A stretch of DNA of 64,000 nt from positions 1,216,001 to 1,280,000 of the forward strand of contig CP051526.1 of assembly GCA_050916045.1 (NCBI GenBank), written 5' to 3'. Below are positions 18,223 to 28,460 of this stretch, in pieces. The translations under genes and the position numbers were made by a program. This DNA is from Tepidisphaera sp. Lineage in GTDB: Bacteria; Planctomycetota; Phycisphaerae; Phycisphaerales; UBA1924. Below the pieces are notes generated by a model. That model made no database searches. It was not told the DNA's origin and was given only the letters and a program-made list of their open reading frames with translations. Each line of letters starts with the position of its first letter. Within the stretch, counting starts at the first letter, position 1.

Positions 18223-19479
18223 CTACTTCGACGCCGCCTGCAGAGCGATAAGCGAGTACGCCGTGATCAGAACCGGGTCGTTCTCCATCCAGCGGTCGTC
18301 GACGCTCTTGAATGAGCCGTCGGCCTGTTGGAGTTCGGCGAGGCGGTTGATGAGGTCGACGCGCCAGTCGCGTTTGCCGGCGTTGCCGTCGTCCTTGGTC
18401 TGGCCCTTGATCTTGGTCTCGCCGCTGGCTTCCAGAGCACGCCCGAACGTGAGCAGGTAGTAGTAGTACCCGTCGGTGCCCATGCCGGGGTTCTCGGCGA
18501 GGGTGTAGTTCTCGGAGATCCAGCGGAGCGCGTTGGTCACGCGCGGGTCGTCCTTCTTGAGGCCGGCGTAGATGTACGACTTGAACCCCGCGTAAGTCAT
18601 CGAGCCGTAGGCGCGAAGTTTGGACGCTTTCGTGCCGTCGCTCAGCGTTTCCTCGATGGTGCCGGCGAAGGACTGGCCGATGCCGATCTGGTCTTTGTTG
18701 ACGCTCGTGGCGTAGATGAACCCGCCCTGGTTCGTGCCGTCGGCGTACGCCATCTCGTTGATGCTGTCGACCATCTGGCAGCGCTGCAGGAAGACCAGAG
18801 CACGCTGGAACGCCGGATCGTCGGTCGGCAAGCCTGAGTCGTACAGAGCTTCGATCGCCCACTGGGTGTTGGACATGTCGGGACGGCCGTGCTTGCCGTA
18901 GCCCCAGCCGCCGTAGAACGAGTCGCTCTTTTCGACGGGCTTGGGTGATTCATCAAGACCGGCGATGGTGACGGCTTCCTCGGAGTACTGGAGCTTCTTG
19001 AGGAAGGTCTGGGCTTTGGCGATGGCGTCCTTGGCCTGTGGCTGTTTGGAGGTCGCGATGGCGGTCAGGCAGATCGCGGTGTTGTACGTGGGCAGAGCGG
19101 CGACATAGATCCCGCCGTCGGCTTTCTGCGCGGACAGCAGGTACTTCATCCCGGCCAGGACCGTCGGGTCCTGCTCGGTCATGCCGGGCTCGAGCATCAT
19201 GCCGCGGATGACCAACCCGGTGATCGCGGGGAAGGGAGCAACGCCGTCCTTGACGCCCCAGGCACCGAGCGACGCATCCATCTTGGTTCGGAGGAACTCG
19301 ATGGCTTTCGCCCGCATCTCCTTGGCTTGCTTCGCGGTCGCTTCCGGGAGCGCCTCGCGAGCGGGCGCTGCGGGATGCGAAGCCGAAGCCGGCTGAGCGG
19401 CGGGCCGAACGGCTGATTGCGGAGCGGGGGCGGCGGGTTGAGCGAGGCAAGCGAGGGCGATGAGCGTTGAAACAAGCAT
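18223..19479 (-). CDS. Secreted prenyltransferase/squalene-oxidase repeat protein
   Basis: Signal peptide; repeated QxxDG / GGWGY / GGFIY motifs and DMSNTQWA; no DxDD cyclase motif seen. Confidence 0.8.
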   Translation of the reverse strand: MLVSTLIALACLAQPAAPAPQSAVRPAAQPASASHPAAPAREALPEATAKQAKEMRAKAIEFLRTKMDASLGAWGVKDGVAPFPAITGLVIRGMMLEPGMTEQDPTVLAGMKYLLSAQKADGGIYVAALPTYNTAICLTAIATSKQPQAKDAIAKAQTFLKKLQYSEEAVTIAGLDESPKPVEKSDSFYGGWGYGKHGRPDMSNTQWAIEALYDSGLPTDDPAFQRALVFLQRCQMVDSINEMAYADGTNQGGFIYATSVNKDQIGIGQSFAGTIEETLSDGTKASKLRAYGSMTYAGFKSYIYAGLKKDDPRVTNALRWISENYTLAENPGMGTDGYYYYLLTFGRALEASGETKIKGQTKDDGNAGKRDWRVDLINRLAELQQADGSFKSVDDRWMENDPVLITAYSLIALQAASK

Positions 19480-19515
19480 CGATGGACCTCCGTTTTCAAG
19501 ATGGTAGCTCTGGAC

Positions 19516-20238
19516 TCATCCCCGGCGAGGCGCTTCCTCTGCGACGATCATCGCCGCCGCGACCACCGCCGCGGTCTCGATCCTCATGATGTGAGGTCCG
19601 AACCGGCACACCCGGGCTCCCGCCGCGCGGGCTTGCCCAATCTCTTCCGGCGAGAATCCACCCTCGGGCCCCACAAGAAGCCGGATCGCTTCCGTTCCGC
19701 GAGCTTCGTACGCCTCGCCCTCCCCGTCCGCGATCACGACGTGCGGGTGCTGCAAAGCCTGCGAGAAGCGCAATCCCGGCGCGATCTCAAGCTTCCAGGC
19801 CCGGCCGCACTGCTTGGCCGACTCCGCCGCGATCCGCTCAAGCCGATCGATCTTTCCCGCTCCGGGCTCGACCACCGTGCGCACGGTATCGAGCGGAGCC
19901 CACGAAGCGGCTCCCACCTGCGACAAACCGTCGATCATCGCGCCCAGCCGGTCACCCTTGGGAGCACTGCTCAGAACGTGCACGGTGGGACTGACCCTTG
20001 GTTCTGTCGCGATCGTCGCGATCGCCACGTCCAAGGCCCACCCGTCGCGCCCGTGCTTGCGGGTCGCCGCGACCTTCCCTTCGGCGACGCGGCCAAGCCC
20101 GTCCAGCACCGTGACCGGAGCTCCTGCTTCGAGCCTTCGCACGCGGATCAGATGGTGAGCATCATCGCCCTCGATGGTGACGACGCCGCCGGGCTGGAAC
20201 AAACTGAGATCCGGATGATGGACGCGGTTGACGGACAT
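19516..20238 (-). CDS. rsmE: 16S rRNA m3U1498 methyltransferase
   Basis: HHLIRVRRL, ESAKQCGR, VGPEGGFS, IMRIETAA; AAGGAG RBS before ATG 20238. Confidence 0.92.
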   Translation of the reverse strand: MSVNRVHHPDLSLFQPGGVVTIEGDDAHHLIRVRRLEAGAPVTVLDGLGRVAEGKVAATRKHGRDGWALDVAIATIATEPRVSPTVHVLSSAPKGDRLGAMIDGLSQVGAASWAPLDTVRTVVEPGAGKIDRLERIAAESAKQCGRAWKLEIAPGLRFSQALQHPHVVIADGEGEAYEARGTEAIRLLVGPEGGFSPEEIGQARAAGARVCRFGPHIMRIETAAVVAAAMIVAEEAPRRG

Positions 20239-20340
20239 CGTGCTCCTTTGGCGGTGAGCGTACCGCACCCCCGCCGACCCGGGGAGGGTGAATACCGAAC
20301 GTAAACCCACCGCCACGCCGAATCGGGTATGATGGTCGCC

Positions 20341-21660
20341 ATGTTGGTCTCGGTCCTCATCCTGACTTTCGCTCTCGCGCTCAACGCGGTCCTGGCGACC
20401 GCCGAGCTCGCGGTGATGACCAGCCGGAGCTCCCGACTTCAGCACGCGGCCGCCCGAGGCAACAAGGGGGCCGCTGCGGCGCTGTCGCTGGCTCGCGAGC
20501 CCACCGCGTTCCTCTCGACGGTGCAGTTCGGCATCACCCTCATCGGCATCTTCGCCGGTGCGTTCGGCGAGTCCTCCATCTCCGCGACGATCGAACCGCT
20601 TATCGCCAGGGTCGAGCTTCTCGAGCCGTACGCCGAAGAGATCTCCTTCGTCCTGGTCGTCTTCGTCATCACCTACTTCTCGCTGGTGGTGGGGGAGCTT
20701 GTCCCCAAGCGGATCGCGATGGCGTATCCCGAGGGCGTCGCCTGCTTTATCGCCAGGCCGCTCATGATTCTTGCCAAGGTCGCGTCTCCGGCGGTGCGGG
20801 TGCTCAGCTCATCCACCGACGCCGTGCTCAGCGTGCTCCGCATCAAGCCGCGGGGCGACGACGTCTCCGAAGACGACATCAAAGCCTTGGTGGCCCGCGC
20901 GGCCACCACCGGCGTCTTCGGCCCCCTCGAACACAAGCTCTTCCAGCGGCTCTTCCGGCTGGGCGATCTGAAAGTCCAGTCGCTGATGGTCCCGCGGCAC
21001 GAGATCATCCCCATCGAGCACGACATGTCCCTTCACGATGTCCGCGTGCTCGTCGGAACCAGCCCGCACTCGCACTTCCCGGTGATCCAGGGCTCGCTCG
21101 ACAAGCTCATCGGCGTGGTGCACATCAAGGACCTCATCGCGTACGGCCTGCTTTCCTCGCTCGAATTCAAGGTGACCGACGTCGCCCGCAAGCCGCTTTT
21201 CGTGCCCGAGGTGATGCCCGCGGTCAAGCTCCTGGACACCTTCCAGAAGACCCGGGCCCATATCGCCTTCGTCGTGGATGAATCCGGCGGCGTCGAAGGT
21301 CTGGTCACCCTCAACGACGTGGTGCAAGCCCTGGTCGGCGACATCTCCCGCCTCGGCGAGGAGCCCAACGCCCGCGCGATCCGCCGCAAGGACGGTTCGT
21401 TCCTGCTCGACGGCATGCTCTCTGTTCACGACGGCATGGTCGCTTTGGGCCTGCCCGACCCTTCGTCGGACGACCTGCCGGAGGTGACGACGGTCGCGGG
21501 CATGGTGCTCGCGCTGCTCGGCCACGTGCCGGATGTCGGCGAGCACGCGGACTGGATGGGCTGGCGCTTCGAAGTCGTGGACATGGACGGCCGGCGCGTG
21601 GACCAGGTGCTGGCGTACCGGATTCCAGCGGTGCAACCGGCGTCAGCTTCTCCGGAATAA
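20341..21660 (+). CDS. CNNM/HlyC-CorC family transporter (DUF21 + CBS pair + CorC_HlyC)
   Basis: FLSTVQFGIT, GELVPKRIA, MVPR, HSHFPV, VVDESGGVEGLVT, FEVVDMDGRRVDQV. Confidence 0.9.
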   Translation: MLVSVLILTFALALNAVLATAELAVMTSRSSRLQHAAARGNKGAAAALSLAREPTAFLSTVQFGITLIGIFAGAFGESSISATIEPLIARVELLEPYAEEISFVLVVFVITYFSLVVGELVPKRIAMAYPEGVACFIARPLMILAKVASPAVRVLSSSTDAVLSVLRIKPRGDDVSEDDIKALVARAATTGVFGPLEHKLFQRLFRLGDLKVQSLMVPRHEIIPIEHDMSLHDVRVLVGTSPHSHFPVIQGSLDKLIGVVHIKDLIAYGLLSSLEFKVTDVARKPLFVPEVMPAVKLLDTFQKTRAHIAFVVDESGGVEGLVTLNDVVQALVGDISRLGEEPNARAIRRKDGSFLLDGMLSVHDGMVALGLPDPSSDDLPEVTTVAGMVLALLGHVPDVGEHADWMGWRFEVVDMDGRRVDQVLAYRIPAVQPASASPE

Positions 21661-21681
21661 CCAGCGACCCCGGGAGGCCCG

Positions 21682-22296
21682 ATGCGAAAGAACCTGCCGC
21701 TGATCATCACCGCCATCCTCGTGATGGCCGTCATGCTCGCCGTGGCGATCTATAGCCGGCAGGTCGATGTCGGCCCCAGCCGGTCCGTGCAGTTCGCAAA
21801 CGCACTGGTCGTCAACGTCGACTCCAGGCTGCCCACTGCGGTGCTCATCGAAGCATTCCAGGCCGACGGATCGATGGTCCCGGTCGCGTGGGCGCAGCTG
21901 GACCCGGTTTACGGCACGGTGCAGGTCGGGGGAGTCAATCTGCCTGCGGGCGAAGTGTTTCAGGTCACGTGCCGGCCGGGCATGAGGGTGGCTCAGCTCG
22001 TCGGCGGCGTGCAGACGCCGCTCACGGCTTCGGGCAGCATCAGCGGTGGCGCGTCTTCGACCGTCGTGCTGGCCACGATCCCGGGTTTGGCACCACAACC
22101 GGGCTTTTCTGCGACCTTCTCTCCAACCCCGGGGATCTTGTGGGTGGCGCGGTCGTGGGATGTCGGCGGGACGATCACCTCGCAGGTCGCGACCGGGTTG
22201 GGCCCGGTGCCGCCGCCCGCGCCGCCCGAACCTCCTGCAAAAAACCCCGCCGATGGCGAAGCCCCGGCGACCAAAGCCGACGCCGGTGCGGGCTAA
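21682..22296 (+). CDS. Hypothetical exported or membrane-anchored protein
   Basis: GGAGG RBS, N-terminal hydrophobic helix, beta-rich body and Pro-rich tail. Confidence 0.65.
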   Translation: MRKNLPLIITAILVMAVMLAVAIYSRQVDVGPSRSVQFANALVVNVDSRLPTAVLIEAFQADGSMVPVAWAQLDPVYGTVQVGGVNLPAGEVFQVTCRPGMRVAQLVGGVQTPLTASGSISGGASSTVVLATIPGLAPQPGFSATFSPTPGILWVARSWDVGGTITSQVATGLGPVPPPAPPEPPAKNPADGEAPATKADAGAG

Positions 22297-22327
22297 AGAG
22301 CTGCTGGCCCTCGGCGATTACCCTCGG

Positions 22328-22834
22328 TTATCCCAGATGCGATGAAACCTCGTTCCAGTTCATCGCTTCGCTCGGCGGGCGGGCCTGCGACCACTTGATC
22401 TTGCCCCGGCCGTCGGCGGACTGTCCGATGACGATGGTGCCGCGCTGGCTGACGTTGAGGTCGGCCCAATAAAGCCCGTAGGCTTTGCACACCGCGCGGT
22501 GCATGTCGGAGAGCAGGGCCTGCTTGAGGCCCATCTGATCGGCCCAAGCTTTGTTGGCGGCGAAACTGTCGCAGGAGATGCCGACGACGTTGGCGCCCTT
22601 GTCCTTCCAGGACTGGAGCTCATCGTTGACGCATTTCATCTCGACCGAGCAGGTGGAGGTGAACGCGAAGGGGTAGAAGCTGAGGACGACATCGCCCTTC
22701 TTGACGTGCTCGGCGAGGCTCCAGTCGGCCCGGTCCTGGGTCTTGAGGGTGAAGTCCGGGGCGATCGACCCGGGGGGCAGGACGCCGGAGGGGCTGGCGG
22801 GGGAGGCGGTGCGGTTCGCGTCTGGGTTGGTCAT
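22328..22834 (-). CDS. Peroxiredoxin (AhpC/TSA redoxin family)
   Basis: APDFTL, FYPFAFTSTCSVEM (PxxxTxxC), VGISCDS, LLSD. Confidence 0.88.
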   Translation of the reverse strand: MTNPDANRTASPASPSGVLPPGSIAPDFTLKTQDRADWSLAEHVKKGDVVLSFYPFAFTSTCSVEMKCVNDELQSWKDKGANVVGISCDSFAANKAWADQMGLKQALLSDMHRAVCKAYGLYWADLNVSQRGTIVIGQSADGRGKIKWSQARPPSEAMNWNEVSSHLG

Positions 22835-23073
22835 GGGTGAAATTCCTCGTTCCTGGGCGAAGATTTGAAGGTCGGATCGCCGTTTCGGTGAAACTGCTAG
22901 ACTAGATCGTGATTATCCTACGGCCGCGGTCGGGCTCTCTGGACCGCGCGGCGTGAAGAAGATTTCATGACCTCACCGCTCGACTTGTGCTGCCCGACTC
23001 GTCCCGCCCGAGTTGACCCGCTCGATTTGATGAAAGGGGCAGGACGCCCCTGAGTAGAAAGCCCGGAGGGCCT

Positions 23074-23982
23074 ATGCCGACCTCAACCATGAATCCGGAC
23101 TCTCTCGCCGACCGTTACGCCCAGGTGTGCGACCGAATCGCTCGAGCCGCCGCCGTCTCCGGCCGCCGCGAGAACGAGGTCTTCCTCGTCGCCGTCACCA
23201 AGAACGCCGAACCCGAACAGATCCGCCAGCTCATCGACCTGGGCCACCGCGACCTGGGCGAGAACCGCGTCCAATCGCTGATGCAGCACGCCGCCCTCGT
23301 CGACGAGTACTTCAACCGACTCAAGGTCCTCCCCTCGATGCGGCGGCCGATCGACGAGCAGCAGCTCTTCCCCATGGGTGACGACAAGCTCGCCAACCTC
23401 GGCAGCAGTCGCCCCTCCGACAATCCCAAGCCCGCCGAGACCAAACGCTCCGGCATCCGCTGGCACATGATCGGCCACCTCCAGCGCAACAAAGCTCGCA
23501 AAATCGTCGACCTCGTGCGCTTGGTCCACTCCGTCGACAGCCTCCGCATCGCGGAAGAGCTTCAAGCGATCGCGCTCCGCCGCGACTGCGTCATCGATGT
23601 CCTGCTCCAGGTCAACTGCTCGGGCGAAGCCAGCAAGTTCGGCTGCCCCGTGCCCGCCGCCGTCCCCATGGCCGAACAGATCGAAACGATGATCAACGTC
23701 CGCCTCCGCGGCGTCATGACCATCGCGGCCGAAGGTGCTTCGGAACGCGAGACGCGAGCGACCTTCGCCCGCTGCCGCGACATCTACGAGGAAATCCGCA
23801 CGCAGGGGTACGGCGAAGGCCAGTGCAACCTGCTTTCGATGGGCATGAGCGGCGACTACGAGGACGCGATCAAGGAAGGCGCGAACATCGTCCGCGTCGG
23901 GTCCGCGATCTTCGGCGAGAACGCCCGCACCGACCTCCCCGAAGAGCCCGAACCCGAAGAGCCCGACGACGAGACCCTCTGA
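23074..23982 (+). CDS. yggS: PLP homeostasis protein, YggS family
   Basis: VAVTK, GENRVQ, WHMIGHLQRNK, HSVDS, LSMGMSGDY, VRVGSAIFG. Confidence 0.95.
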   Translation: MPTSTMNPDSLADRYAQVCDRIARAAAVSGRRENEVFLVAVTKNAEPEQIRQLIDLGHRDLGENRVQSLMQHAALVDEYFNRLKVLPSMRRPIDEQQLFPMGDDKLANLGSSRPSDNPKPAETKRSGIRWHMIGHLQRNKARKIVDLVRLVHSVDSLRIAEELQAIALRRDCVIDVLLQVNCSGEASKFGCPVPAAVPMAEQIETMINVRLRGVMTIAAEGASERETRATFARCRDIYEEIRTQGYGEGQCNLLSMGMSGDYEDAIKEGANIVRVGSAIFGENARTDLPEEPEPEEPDDETL

Positions 23983-24072
23983 AGGCAACCTCTCGCGAGC
24001 CGGGGCGTGTCGCCCCGCCGTCTGCGCGGTTGACCTCTGGCCAAAGGCCCTGCGTCCAAAGACAAACCGTGG

Positions 24073-24582
24073 TCAAGTTTGGGAGCGAACTTGATGAGGC
24101 GGCTTGTCGCCGATCCACGGCCAGAAGACCGCCAAGGCGAATCCGGTCGTCACAAACGCGAGAATCACGCCCAGAAGTCCGGCTGCCGACCAATCGGCGG
24201 GGGAAGCGTCAAGCACCGATCGAGTCGGGTCTTCCGGGCTGTACCACACGCGAACGGCTTGCCCGACGGGGTACTTCGCGATGAATTCGTACGCACTCTG
24301 TCGATCGATTCGAATTGGGTTGAACGAAGTGTCAGAACCCAACCTATCTACGCCGTTGACGACATATCGATAGCGAACGATCGGTTCGTGGTGGTTTCCA
24401 CCTCTGACGGCCGTGCGTTCTTCGACTCGAGAGTCAACGATGACACCTTCGCACGTCGGCCACTCCGCGGTCGATTCTTGAATGTTCGCTGCTCGCCACG
24501 CCACGCCGAACATGTACGAAGCGCCGAAGACAAGAACGCCGAGAATGAGAATCCACACTACTCTCGGAGGACCTGAGTGCAT
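24073..24582 (-). CDS. DUF3592-like membrane protein (lower GC)
   Basis: TM - EWPTCEGVIVDS - YRYVVNG - YPVG..VWYSPEDPTRSVL - TM; TATCCT-N5-ATG start. Confidence 0.78.
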   Translation of the reverse strand: MHSGPPRVVWILILGVLVFGASYMFGVAWRAANIQESTAEWPTCEGVIVDSRVEERTAVRGGNHHEPIVRYRYVVNGVDRLGSDTSFNPIRIDRQSAYEFIAKYPVGQAVRVWYSPEDPTRSVLDASPADWSAAGLLGVILAFVTTGFALAVFWPWIGDKPPHQVRSQT

Positions 24583-24624
24583 GGTGCAGGATATGCGGGC
24601 GATGCTCAAGACTACCATGGAGAA

Positions 24625-24987
24625 ATGCCCATGCCGCACCAACTCCTCACCCTCGCCGACCTCCCCATCGACCGCCCGATGCCGAAGATCTCGCGTCAAC
24701 GCGTGATCGGCGAGCACATGATGGTCTCCGCCGTCGTGCTGGAAGAAGGCTTCGCGCTCGAAAGCCATCACCACGCCAACGAACAGTTCGTGATCGTGCA
24801 ACGCGGCCGCTGCATCTTCGGCGTGGGCACCCCCGGCACGCCCGAACACCGCGAAGTCGAAGTTTCGACCGGCCAGGTGCTCGTCCTGCCTCCCAACCTC
24901 CCGCATAGCTGCCGCGCCCTCGAGCAAACCCACATCTTGGACCTCTTCAGTCCGCCGAGCGCGACAACAGGCGTCGACAAGCGCTGA
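24625..24987 (+). CDS. Cupin domain protein
   Basis: HHHANEQ and PPNLPH cupin motifs, LDLFSPP. Confidence 0.85.
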   Translation: MPMPHQLLTLADLPIDRPMPKISRQRVIGEHMMVSAVVLEEGFALESHHHANEQFVIVQRGRCIFGVGTPGTPEHREVEVSTGQVLVLPPNLPHSCRALEQTHILDLFSPPSATTGVDKR

Positions 24988-25074
24988 AAGAGACGCTGAA
25001 CGAGACGACCGCGCAAGCGGTCGAACGATTCCGCGACCACCTTTTGTTCCCGCCTTGCCGAGGTATCATCCTCC

Positions 25075-26580
25075 ATGCTCCTCGGCATCGACGTCGGCAC
25101 ATCCTCGGTCAAAGCCGTACTTCTCGACCCCTCCGGCCGCGTTCTCGCCGTCGGTTCCGCTCCGGTTCCGCTCCTGACCCCCGCTCCCGGCTGGACCGAG
25201 CAGGACCCCGAAGCGTGGTGGCAAGCCACCATCCACGCCGTGAAGCAGGCCATCTCCATCGCCCACGCTTCGCCGAGCGACATCCGAGCCGTCGGCCTCT
25301 CCGGCCAGATGCACGGCTCGGTCTTTCTCGACGCACCAAGCGTGCTCAGCGGCGGTCGCTCGCCGGGAGCGATCCGCCCCGCTCTCCTGTGGAACGATCA
25401 ACGCACCGCCGATGAACTCGAAGGCATCGAAGCCACCGCCGGCGGGCGTGCTTCACTCGTCAAAGCCGTCGGCAACGCCGCGCTGACCGGCTTCCAGCTC
25501 CCCAAGCTCCTCTGGCTCCGTCGCCATGAGCCGCAGCACTTCGCGAAGACCGCCGCCGTCCTCCTCCCCAAGGACTACATCCGCTTCCGCATGAGCGGCG
25601 AGCTCATCACCGACACGGGCGACGCTTCGGGCACGCTGGTGCTTGATGTCGAACACCGCCGCTGGCGCACCGACCTCATCGCCAAGCTCGGCCTCAATCC
25701 CTCTCTCTTCCCGCGCATCGTCGAATCCGCCAGCCCCGCGGGCACGATCTCGGAGTTCGGAGCCGAAGCCCTCGGCCTCCGCAAGGGCACCCTCATTGTC
25801 GGCGGAAGCGGCGACAACCAGTGCGGCGCTGTCGGCGCCGGCATCGTCGAGCCCGGCCGCGCCCTCGCGATCCTCGGCACCAGCGGTGTCGTCTACGCCC
25901 ACACCGACCGGTTCTCGCCCGACCTGCCCGCCGGCCGCACGCACGCGATGTGCTCCGCGGCCGGTGCGAACGCCTGGTGCGTCACCGGCGTCATGCTCTC
26001 GGCGGCCGGCTCGCTCCAGTGGGCTTCGGACAAGCTCTTTCCCGGCGTGCCGATGGAGACGCTTCTCGCCGAAGCGTGGGCGACGCCTGCGGGCGCGGAG
26101 GGCCTCGTCTTCGCGCCGTACCTGCAAGGTGAGCGCTGCCCGCACCCGGACCCAAACGCTCGCGGCGCGTTCGTCGGCCTGTCGCTGCGTCATGGCCGAG
26201 GGCACATGGTGCGCTCGATCATCGAGGGCGTGAGTTTCGCCATGACCGAGATTCTGACCCTTGTTCGCTCGCTCGGTGTCGATGTTCGCTCCCTCCGCGT
26301 CGGCGGTGGGGGAGCAAAGAGCCCGCAGTGGCGGCAGCTTCTCGCGGATCTCGCGAGCGTGCCCGTCGAGGTCCCGACGACCGAAGAGGGCGGCGCGTAC
26401 GGAGCGGCGCTGCTCGCAGGCGTCGGCGCGGGCGTCTGGCCCACCGTCGCGGACGCCTGCCACGCTTGCATCCAGACGACCGACCGCGCCGAGCCCCGCC
26501 CGCTCGACCCCGCTCTCGCGGCTTCCCAAGCCGCGTTTTCCCACCTCTACCCGCGCCTCCTCGCAAGCCGCCACGCATGA
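25075..26580 (+). CDS. xylB: Xylulokinase (FGGY family)
   Basis: LGIDVGTSSVK, GLSGQMHG, LWNDQR, PKDY, GDNQCGA, PYLQGERCP, GGGAKS. Confidence 0.9.
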   Translation: MLLGIDVGTSSVKAVLLDPSGRVLAVGSAPVPLLTPAPGWTEQDPEAWWQATIHAVKQAISIAHASPSDIRAVGLSGQMHGSVFLDAPSVLSGGRSPGAIRPALLWNDQRTADELEGIEATAGGRASLVKAVGNAALTGFQLPKLLWLRRHEPQHFAKTAAVLLPKDYIRFRMSGELITDTGDASGTLVLDVEHRRWRTDLIAKLGLNPSLFPRIVESASPAGTISEFGAEALGLRKGTLIVGGSGDNQCGAVGAGIVEPGRALAILGTSGVVYAHTDRFSPDLPAGRTHAMCSAAGANAWCVTGVMLSAAGSLQWASDKLFPGVPMETLLAEAWATPAGAEGLVFAPYLQGERCPHPDPNARGAFVGLSLRHGRGHMVRSIIEGVSFAMTEILTLVRSLGVDVRSLRVGGGGAKSPQWRQLLADLASVPVEVPTTEEGGAYGAALLAGVGAGVWPTVADACHACIQTTDRAEPRPLDPALAASQAAFSHLYPRLLASRHA

Positions 26581-27764
26581 TCCCCCCGCACATCCAGCCC
26601 GTCGTCGACCGCGCCATCCGCAAGCTCGCCGTGCTCACGCCCGACGCGCCCCTTGCGATCTGCCAAGCTCCCGGCCGCGTCAATCTCATCGGTGAGCACA
26701 CCGATTACTCCGACGGGTTCGTCATGCCCATGGCGATCGACCGCGCCTGCGTCGCCCTCGCCGCGCCATCGCGTGACGCTCTGACGCGGATCGCCTTCGC
26801 CGACCACCCCGATCTCGTCGAACTCGACCCGCGCGAGAAGCAGGAGCCCAACCTCCAAGCCGATCGCGGCTCCCCGCGCGGTTACGTCCGCGGCGTCATC
26901 CGCGGTTTCCAGGACCTTTTACAGGACCGCGGCCCGCTTCCGCCGCTCACCATCGCCATCGCCTCTTCCGTTCCGCTGGGCGGCGGGCTTTCAAGCTCCG
27001 CATCCCTCGAGATCGCTCTGGCGTCCCTGCTCGCCGCGATCACGCAAGCGACGCTCGAACCGTCGGACCTCGCAACCATCGGCCGCCGCGCCGAGCACGA
27101 ATTCGCCGGCGTCCCCTGCGGCATCATGGATCAGTTCGTGAGCGCCGGAGCCCGCCAGGGCCACGCGATGCTTCTCGACTGTCTCACAAGCTTGCCCCGG
27201 CACGTCCCCATGCCCGCAAATGCCGTCATCGCGATCATCGACACCGGCGTCCGTCATAGTCTCGCCGCGGGCGAGTACGCCATCCGCCGCCGCTGGTGCG
27301 AGCACGCCGCCCGCGAACTCGGCGTGACGACCCTCCGCGAAGCCACCGACGACGGCGGACTTGAACGCATCGATCGCTCAAGCCTCGCGGGCGACCTCCG
27401 CGCCGCCGCACGCCACGTCGTCTCCGAGAACCTCCGAACCCTCGCCGCGGCCGACGCTCTCCGCAAAAGCGACGCGGAAGCACTCGGTCGACTTATGAAC
27501 GACTCCCACGCTTCGCTCCGCGACAACTTCCGGGTGTCCTGCGACGAACTCGACGCCGCGGTCGAGATCGCACAGCACGTGGACGGCGTCCACGGCGCCC
27601 GCATGACCGGCGGCGGCTTCGGCGGAAGCGTCGTGGCCCTCTGCGACCCCCGAGCGGCAAGCCATCTCGCACAGGCGCTCGACGCTCGCTACCACGCCCG
27701 CACCGGCCGCACCCACACCATGTTCGTCACCCCCGCGTGCGGGGGTGCGAGCAGGCTCGCGTGA
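26577..27764 (+). CDS. galK: Galactokinase
   Basis: APGRVNLIGEHTDY, PLGGGLSSSA, CGIMDQ, GARMTGGGFGG; ATGA overlap with xylB. Confidence 0.93.
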   Translation: MIPPHIQPVVDRAIRKLAVLTPDAPLAICQAPGRVNLIGEHTDYSDGFVMPMAIDRACVALAAPSRDALTRIAFADHPDLVELDPREKQEPNLQADRGSPRGYVRGVIRGFQDLLQDRGPLPPLTIAIASSVPLGGGLSSSASLEIALASLLAAITQATLEPSDLATIGRRAEHEFAGVPCGIMDQFVSAGARQGHAMLLDCLTSLPRHVPMPANAVIAIIDTGVRHSLAAGEYAIRRRWCEHAARELGVTTLREATDDGGLERIDRSSLAGDLRAAARHVVSENLRTLAAADALRKSDAEALGRLMNDSHASLRDNFRVSCDELDAAVEIAQHVDGVHGARMTGGGFGGSVVALCDPRAASHLAQALDARYHARTGRTHTMFVTPACGGASRLA

Positions 27765-27871
27765 CGAATGTGCGGGCAGCGCCGCGACCGATAATCGATC
27801 CACCCCTCGGAATCCCGGGTTTAGTTTGCCGGACGTGGCACAATGTGAGCGTGAGTCTGCCACAGCCAAAG

Positions 27872-28156
27872 ATGCCGTCCACGCGGGGTGATCCCCCCGA
27901 CGCGGTGCCGCGTCGGTACGCGGTCTTTCTCGCGGCGTGCACCGTGCTCACGATGGCGCTCGGACTCGGCAGGGACGATCAGACCCGCGGCCCCCTCTGG
28001 CACATGATGTGGATCCTGTCCCTCGTGGTGGTGCTCGCCACCCTCGCAGGTTCCCTCGCCCGTCGAAGCCGGGGTGCCGCCGCCACCGCCATGCGTTCGC
28101 GAAAGCCCGCGCACCCGGCGATGCCAACTCCGACCGAGTCCCCCAGTCCGTCCTGA
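27872..28156 (+). CDS. Small two-TM hypothetical protein
   Basis: Two hydrophobic helices; start uncertain. Confidence 0.4.
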   Translation: MPSTRGDPPDAVPRRYAVFLAACTVLTMALGLGRDDQTRGPLWHMMWILSLVVVLATLAGSLARRSRGAAATAMRSRKPAHPAMPTPTESPSPS

Positions 28157-28376
28157 GCTCCTCTTGGTCGACGGGGAGTCTTCCAGCAACATCAAGCCAT
28201 GATGCAGCTCGCGCAACGGGTTCGCTTCGCCTCCGCTTTCCTCGATTCTTTGGGCTTCGACGACTTCGTCCGCGTCTTCGCGACGGGCTGCCGAGCGCGG
28301 AGTCTGACTCCTCGTCGCGTGGTCAGCGCGAGCATCTGGCACCCGGCGTCCAGAGCGAACAAACCGCAAGGTCGCG

Positions 28377-28442
28377 TGTCAAGAATACTTGACATCCGTA
28401 AAATGTCGCGTATACTTGACACAGTGTCGTTCAATCTTGACA
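28377..28442 (+). promoter_or_regulatory. Sigma70 promoter (TTGACA-N16-TATACT) overlapped by three TGTC-N10-GACA operators
   Basis: Boxes at 28377-28394, 28404-28421 and 28425-28442; -35 at 28389-28394, -10 at 28411-28416. Confidence 0.8.
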
Positions 28443-28460
28443 TTGTGGAAGGGAGAGCGC

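Noticed and set aside
18223..19479. Squalene-hopene cyclase
   Set aside because: Too short, has a signal peptide and lacks the DxDD motif; only the repeat fold is supported.
28157..28370. Short ORFs on both strands between the two-TM gene and the operator array
   Set aside because: No RBS, motif or codon-bias support that I could see.
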